Source of the DNA: a virus
Taxonomy: Duplodnaviria > Caudoviricetes
Virus record (IMG/VR): IMGVR_UViG_3300017902_000317
Span: 1 to 30,986 of that record
Direction: 5' to 3' (one strand)
DNA: 30,986 bases
Under the pieces are notes generated by a model. It ran no database searches. It was not told where the DNA came from and was given only the letters and a program-made list of their open reading frames with translations. Positions 25,629-30,986 of the stretch are shown here, piece by piece (positions within the stretch are counted from its first letter, which is position 1; each line of letters begins with the position of its first letter). Position numbers and translations under genes: made by a program.

Positions 25629-26846
25629 ATGACAGACACAAACACAGCACCCCAAGATATTACACCCAGAGACACTAATACACAAGTCGGTGCTGGTTCT
25701 AATCAACAAGCTGGTGACGGGTCATCATCTTCTAAGGGTGGTTCTGAAACTGGTGGTGCTGGTTCTCAAGCAAATCCTGGCCAGAAAGCTGGCGCTCCCA
25801 GAAAATACAATTATCCCATTGATGTAGATAATGTAAATTATCCGCACACAATCAATATACAAATCTTTAGTAGTGGTGGCGGTGGAGCAAAAGACGGTGC
25901 TGATAAATCAGTTTTTGAGGGATCAGAATCAGATGTTGGAAATGATGCCGCTGGCACAACTGCCGAGGGTGGTGGTGGAGTAGGAGGCCAAGTTTTAGAT
26001 ACAATTTCTGAACAATTTGGAAATGTTGCTGACCAGTTTTCTCAGGGATCAACTCAATTGACTGCTGACATCAATCTTATAATGACAAACTCACCAGTGA
26101 ATAGAATGTCAGCACAGTGGGATGCCATGGATTTTGGTCTACTTGGTGCCGCACTAGAACAGTTCCGAAAAGATAAAAACTTACAGGGAATTGTAAAAAA
26201 CATTAGTGAAAACTCTGCTGCTGGTTCAGAATACTTGATACGACAAACTGCTGCGTTGTTCAATATAGGAAAACAACTTGGTATCAACCTTCCCGTGAAC
26301 GATAGTATTTCTGTCTTTACAAGAAAGGTAGAGAACCCGTTTAAAGAACAGTTATTCAAAACCATGAACTTCAGAAGTTTTCCTATGGAAATTAAGTTCG
26401 CCCCTAGAAGTGGTGCAGAACTGAATGAAGTGATGAATATCATCTATCAACTAGAGTGGAACATGCACCCCGAAAGAGAAACATTGTTCTTGAGATATCC
26501 AGCAGAGTTCAAAATAACGTATCAATACAATGGTGCAAAAAACAAATTCCTCAACGAAATAAATAGATGCGTTTTGACTGATATGCAAGTCTCTTACGGA
26601 CACAATGGATTTATGACTAGTTTTGAGGGTGGTGCTCCAACTGAGATAACCGTAAGTTTAAACTTCAAAGAAGTTCTTTTAAGAGACAGAAAACAAATTA
26701 ACCCATATGGTGGCGGTGGTGCAGTGGCAGGGACAACTTTGCCACCTGTTGTTACTGATACTGGTTCTGATGAGGCGAGAGCAGCAGATGCTCTTAACGC
26801 TGATGCACAGGCGAATGGTGTCAATGGAGAGGGAGCAGGCAACTAA
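25629..26846 (+). CDS. gp48: T4 gp48-like baseplate tail tube cap, with low-complexity terminal extensions
   Basis: NPFKEQLFK...FRSF....KFAPRS..E, YPAEF.I, CVLTDMQVSY and P.EI..SL.FKE motifs. Confidence 0.88.
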   Translation: MTDTNTAPQDITPRDTNTQVGAGSNQQAGDGSSSSKGGSETGGAGSQANPGQKAGAPRKYNYPIDVDNVNYPHTINIQIFSSGGGGAKDGADKSVFEGSESDVGNDAAGTTAEGGGGVGGQVLDTISEQFGNVADQFSQGSTQLTADINLIMTNSPVNRMSAQWDAMDFGLLGAALEQFRKDKNLQGIVKNISENSAAGSEYLIRQTAALFNIGKQLGINLPVNDSISVFTRKVENPFKEQLFKTMNFRSFPMEIKFAPRSGAELNEVMNIIYQLEWNMHPERETLFLRYPAEFKITYQYNGAKNKFLNEINRCVLTDMQVSYGHNGFMTSFEGGAPTEITVSLNFKEVLLRDRKQINPYGGGGAVAGTTLPPVVTDTGSDEARAADALNADAQANGVNGEGAGN

Positions 26847-27355
26847 TGTTTTTTAAATTTTTTCCAAATAGAAATTATATCTTTGATAGAACATCCGTTC
26901 AGATTCCTGATCTTTTTAGGAGAGTTCACCCTACCAGTAAATTTGTAAACTCTACCTTGTTAGAGTTTCACCGAGTAAGAGATGGAGAAAGACCAGAAGA
27001 TATATCGTTTGATCTTTATGGTAATGTAGAACACTACTGGACGATACTGTTGATAAATGATGTTATTGATCCATATAAAGATTGGTTGATGGACTACAAT
27101 ACACTGTATGAGTATGCTTTAGAAAAATATGGTAGTCAGTCTAGGTTAGATGATCCCCACCATTATGTCCACGCTGGAACAGAGGTTAGGGTTGATTATG
27201 ATTCTGCTGCAATCTCAGCTGCTACCATCGTTCCAGTGACCAACTTTGAACACGAAATAAGTGAGAACGAAAAGAAAAGAGACATATACGTTTTGGCAAA
27301 AGAACATGTTAATAACTTTTCCAAACAATTTGCAAAATTAATTAGAGAAGAATAA
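26846..27355 (+). CDS. gp53: T4 gp53-like baseplate wedge subunit
   Basis: VRDGERPE.IS..LYG...HYW.ILL.N..IDP..DW, HHY and TNFE.E...NE.KR.I motifs. Confidence 0.92.
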   Translation: MFFKFFPNRNYIFDRTSVQIPDLFRRVHPTSKFVNSTLLEFHRVRDGERPEDISFDLYGNVEHYWTILLINDVIDPYKDWLMDYNTLYEYALEKYGSQSRLDDPHHYVHAGTEVRVDYDSAAISAATIVPVTNFEHEISENEKKRDIYVLAKEHVNNFSKQFAKLIREE

Positions 27356-27361
27356 TTTATT

Positions 27362-28765
27362 ATGGCACAATCACCAGAAATTTATAGGCCAGGTAGATTC
27401 AGACCAGACGTAATTAGGTTAGTGGGTGATGGGGGATCACAAGACCTTCAAAACTTTGCTGGTCAGCTTACCATATTTGAAAACTGTTTTGCTAACTGTC
27501 TATTTGGCGAACTGGCTATCGGTGATGCAAAGAACTTGATCCAAGATATCAAACTGCGTGGAACCGAAAGAGTTATTGTTGAAATGGTCTCTATCAGAAG
27601 TGACACTGGAAATCCACAATGTGCTCCTTTGAAATACGAGTTTGTTGTCACTGGTATTGTTGATAGAATAATGAAAGAGGACAGGGAATCAATGTATGTC
27701 CTCAAACTAGTATCTCCAGAAGGATATGAAAACTCCAGTAGAGTTGCTACAAAAAGATTTGCCGGCGATCCAAAAGCAGTGTTGAACCAAGTTTGGAATG
27801 AGTATTGTGATGCTGGTAGTGGCGGACTTGACTTCTTTGACCTAGAATTCAAGAGAAAGGAATTTGTCTTTATGGCAAACTTCTGGTCTGGGTTCCGCTG
27901 TATGAATTACTGTTTAAAACAACTTGCTCCAGTAGACCCATACATGCCAAACACACTTGTCTTTCAAAGTGACAAGAAAAATTACTGCACCAGTTTGTCG
28001 AAGATGTCACACGTTTACAAATCTGCAAACAAGGTTTATGATTCTTTTGATTTGATACCAAACCTCTCAGAAGAATCTGGGCCTAACAGAGAAGAAGGAT
28101 ATACTTATATTCATCCGTTTATTGATGCTAAATATAATGTCATGGATGGTATCAGTCAACCCATATTTGCAGATATTATGCACGACCTAAATACAGGATT
28201 CATGGGCAGTCATACAATTGGTTTTGACATGCACAAGAGATTGTCATATAGAATGTTCTTTGACTATACACCCAAACAAGCTGGTATAGAGGGTTTAGTT
28301 CCAGTGCAGGGCGATCACCTCTTACCATATAAGTGGGATGACTTTTATCATCTCAAACACAAAGGTGGTATCAATCCCATACATGACAATATAAAATTTC
28401 ACCCGTATTCAAATGTCAATGTGAAAATGGGTAATCATAACATATGGTCAGACAAAGATTTTGGGTATGATGAGTTTCACTTTGAGAACACCGCATTTAG
28501 AGATAGTGCTGTTGCAGAGTTGACCAGACACCAAATAGATATTGTAGTAAACGGCAGAACAGATGTCGATCTGGGGATGTTGGTATTTTTGAGATTCCCG
28601 AATCCAAAAGAGAAGGGCGACAATCCTTCCGAATCAGACGTATACGATGAGAAGTCATCTGGTCTTTATCAGATCATTGGTATCAGACATGACTTTATTT
28701 TTGGAGATTCGTTTGAACATACGATGAAATTAGAAGTGATTAGAGACTCCACGGAGAAAAAATAA
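27362..28765 (+). CDS. Putative baseplate hub protein (gp27-like)
   Basis: Lies between genes 53 and 5. IFEN.F...L.G.L.I.D at the N-terminus; I.V.G......G..V and SGLY.I..IRH at the C-terminus. Confidence 0.7.
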   Translation: MAQSPEIYRPGRFRPDVIRLVGDGGSQDLQNFAGQLTIFENCFANCLFGELAIGDAKNLIQDIKLRGTERVIVEMVSIRSDTGNPQCAPLKYEFVVTGIVDRIMKEDRESMYVLKLVSPEGYENSSRVATKRFAGDPKAVLNQVWNEYCDAGSGGLDFFDLEFKRKEFVFMANFWSGFRCMNYCLKQLAPVDPYMPNTLVFQSDKKNYCTSLSKMSHVYKSANKVYDSFDLIPNLSEESGPNREEGYTYIHPFIDAKYNVMDGISQPIFADIMHDLNTGFMGSHTIGFDMHKRLSYRMFFDYTPKQAGIEGLVPVQGDHLLPYKWDDFYHLKHKGGINPIHDNIKFHPYSNVNVKMGNHNIWSDKDFGYDEFHFENTAFRDSAVAELTRHQIDIVVNGRTDVDLGMLVFLRFPNPKEKGDNPSESDVYDEKSSGLYQIIGIRHDFIFGDSFEHTMKLEVIRDSTEKK

Positions 28766-30816
28766 TGGCAGGTGCAAAAGAAGTTAGATATCCACCCTTT
28801 CACTGGTGGCAGGGAATAGTAGAGGACAGAAATGATCCTGCCTACATGGGTAGGTATCGTGTTCGTATATTTGGATATCACACTGCTAACAAAGATCAAC
28901 TACCAACAGAAGATTTGCCTTGGTCAGTTCCAATGCAACCAGTAACCTCAGCTGCAATATCAGGTGTGGGTTCTTCTCCAACTGGATTGGTTGAAGGTTC
29001 GGCAGTTGTTGGATTTTTCGTAGATGGTGACGAAGGACAGATGCCAGTGATCATAGGATCATTTGGTGTCAACTCATTCTTACCCAAAGAAGGCGAAGAC
29101 GGAACTGGTGCTGTGTCAGACCCAGATCGTTCTGTTATTGGTTTCTATGATCCAACCTATCTGTATCCAAAAAGAAAGATAACTGATAGGGGTGATGCTG
29201 GTGGTGATTATGGTTTGACCAATCACTCTAGTGGTAGACCCAGAGATGCTGCGAGTTCTCAGAACAGGGATGGAAACTATTCAGAGGGTGGAGAGGATGT
29301 TGGCGAAAACATTCTTGAAGAACCAGATATGTCTCGACTCGCCAGAAACAGGGCCGACAAGAAAAAAGCAGAAGAACACTATTCACTGAAAGCAAAGAGA
29401 GATAGTAGAGTAAAAGAAATTCCAATTGCCTACGCAGCTGCTGCCAGTGGTGCGGATAGACCAATGGGGATGAAACACCCCGATGATGGTAGCGGAGAAG
29501 AAATAGAGATCAATGATCCAAAATATATTCCATCTGCGTGGTCAGAACCCCATCCACAAGGAACTCCACCAGACGCTTCCGCAGACCCAGAAGAATCAAA
29601 GTCAGAGTATCCATTCAACCATGTTTATGAAAGTGAAAGTGGACATGTGAGGGAGATGGATGATACGCCTGGGGCTGAGAGGATACATGAATATCACAAA
29701 GCAGGCACATTCTATGAGATTCTACCCAATGGTGATAAGGTCACCAAGATTGTGGGTAACGGATTTGAAATAGACATGAAGAACAAAATGATCTATGTCG
29801 CTGGTGATTATAGTATGACCGTTGATGGTGACTACTACTTGAACGTCAAGGGTAACAAGACCGAACATATTAGTGGGCATTGTTTCCAAACTGTCAAAGG
29901 CACTAGAGTTGCGAAGATTCAAGGTAACGATTTGTTCGATACAGAAAGTAATATGAAACTTCATGTTATGAAAAACTATTCTGCTCAGATAGGTAGTAAT
30001 GATCCAGCGTATTCTACTGGGCCTGGTAACTTTAATATGCGTGTTACTGGTGAATACAGTCTCAGAGTAAGAGATAAGATCAAGACCATCGGCATGTCTG
30101 ACAGAAAAGACATCACCTTTGGTAATCACAAAATAAATGTGTATCCCAAGTTTGAGATTGATTTCGGGAAGGCAAAAGATGCTTCCATAGATGCTTTAGA
30201 AGACTCAGCTGAAGTGGGTGGCGGGCAAGGACTTGGTTTGGATTCGATCTTGGGTAAATCAAAACTAGAATTGTTTGCACAACAAGATGTTTCCATTGCA
30301 ACTGGACAATTAGCTCCCGATCCATTTTTCCCAATATCTCCGTTCCCATCTGTTAGTATTGTAACTGCTAGGTATAATCTGTCTGCTACTTCTGACCTAT
30401 ATGAGAAGGTTGGGCCAGGCGCTGTCGCTAACATTGCATCTGCAATACCAAGACCAGGCTTTGCAACTAGAAATGCTTTATTCGGTATTAACAATATCCA
30501 AGGATTTGATACTGGTATTTTCTCTTTGATGCCTGGGATTCAAAATTTTGTTACTGCTGGTGGACTTACTAATAATGTAATGGCTGGTGGTATGTATAAC
30601 ACTGTTATGTTGGGTGGTATGTTTGACACAATTGCTGCTGGTGGTAGAGGAACCATAGTTGTAGCGGGCGGCCTGTTCCAATCAGTATTGGCTGGGGCGA
30701 TAAACATTAACGCACTCGCTGGTGCTGCAACTTTCCGTGCCGATGCAGGAGTAACCACGATTGGTAATATCACATCTGCAACCGTTGTAACTGGCGTCAC
30801 CGTTTCACTGGTGTAA
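28765..30816 (+). CDS. gp5: T4 gp5-like baseplate hub/central spike (OB fold plus beta-helix, no recognisable lysozyme domain)
   Basis: WWQGIVEDRNDP...GRYRVRIFGYHT, LPW, VVGFF.DG, YPFNHVYESESGHV.E.DDTPG.ERIHEYHKAGTFYEI and VxG repeats. Confidence 0.93.
   Translation: MAGAKEVRYPPFHWWQGIVEDRNDPAYMGRYRVRIFGYHTANKDQLPTEDLPWSVPMQPVTSAAISGVGSSPTGLVEGSAVVGFFVDGDEGQMPVIIGSFGVNSFLPKEGEDGTGAVSDPDRSVIGFYDPTYLYPKRKITDRGDAGGDYGLTNHSSGRPRDAASSQNRDGNYSEGGEDVGENILEEPDMSRLARNRADKKKAEEHYSLKAKRDSRVKEIPIAYAAAASGADRPMGMKHPDDGSGEEIEINDPKYIPSAWSEPHPQGTPPDASADPEESKSEYPFNHVYESESGHVREMDDTPGAERIHEYHKAGTFYEILPNGDKVTKIVGNGFEIDMKNKMIYVAGDYSMTVDGDYYLNVKGNKTEHISGHCFQTVKGTRVAKIQGNDLFDTESNMKLHVMKNYSAQIGSNDPAYSTGPGNFNMRVTGEYSLRVRDKIKTIGMSDRKDITFGNHKINVYPKFEIDFGKAKDASIDALEDSAEVGGGQGLGLDSILGKSKLELFAQQDVSIATGQLAPDPFFPISPFPSVSIVTARYNLSATSDLYEKVGPGAVANIASAIPRPGFATRNALFGINNIQGFDTGIFSLMPGIQNFVTAGGLTNNVMAGGMYNTVMLGGMFDTIAAGGRGTIVVAGGLFQSVLAGAININALAGAATFRADAGVTTIGNITSATVVTGVTVSLV
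30547..30762 (+). repeat. Eight 9-aa (27-nt) degenerate repeats at the gp5 C-terminus
   Basis: FVTAGGLTN / NVMAGGMYN / TVMLGGMFD / TIAAGGRGT / IVVAGGLFQ / SVLAGAINI / NALAGAATF / RADAGVTTI. Confidence 0.75.
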
Positions 30817-30828
30817 TAGGAGAGAGTT

Positions 30829-30986
30829 TTGGCTACTATCGCTGATCCAAAAAAAGAAACAAACGCCGCAGTTGATGATCTTGTAAAAGACATCACCAAC
30901 GGTTCTGGCATTGATGATGTTAAAAATGAGGTTGCCGGTCAGGTAGAAAACGTCAAAGGTCTTTTTGATGGTCTGGGTGATCTTAC
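30829..30986 (+). CDS. 5' part of a hypothetical protein (runs off the window)
   Basis: AGGAG at 30818-30822, TTG start, frame open to the window end (MATIADPKKETNAAVDDLVKDITNGSG...). Confidence 0.65.
   Translation, partial: MATIADPKKETNAAVDDLVKDITNGSGIDDVKNEVAGQVENVKGLFDGLGDL

Noticed and set aside
1-30986. Stop-codon recoding or selenocysteine
   Set aside because: Core genes are full length in the standard code, TAA, TAG and TGA all act as stops, and no gene appears split by an in-frame stop.

Overview
This window is a 31 kb segment of an AT-rich T4-like myovirus genome, probably from an aquatic proteobacterial host (inferred). Left part (1-14310): a tightly overlapping accessory operon with at least six paralogous radical SAM enzymes of the N-terminal Twitch/SPASM type. 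It also holds an APS-kinase-like P-loop kinase, an HxGH nucleotidyltransferase, two putative glycosyltransferase-like proteins, UDP-glucose dehydrogenase, a NodU/CmcH carbamoyltransferase and an SGNH hydrolase-like protein. Middle (14320-21344): phoH, an unannotated 15-aa peptide with 8 Cys, a PD-(D/E)XK exonuclease, a circularly permuted (two-piece) tmRNA with tag ANDDVYPLAA, a SleB-type cell wall hydrolase, an epimerase, T4 core genes 33, 59 and 32, and a B12-binding radical SAM enzyme. Right (21306-30986): T4-like tail, baseplate and head-completion genes (putative tape measure, 51, 26, 54, 2, 4, 48, 53, 27-like hub, 5). Main observations: the radical SAM/glycan-tailoring array; the permuted tmRNA; the Cys micropeptide; a probable -1 frameshift fusing gp26 to gp51; and a window-wide pattern, seen by eye, in which CCWGG, CCGG and GGNCC occur only when they overlap GCC/GGC. 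All product calls come from motif recognition, not database searches.
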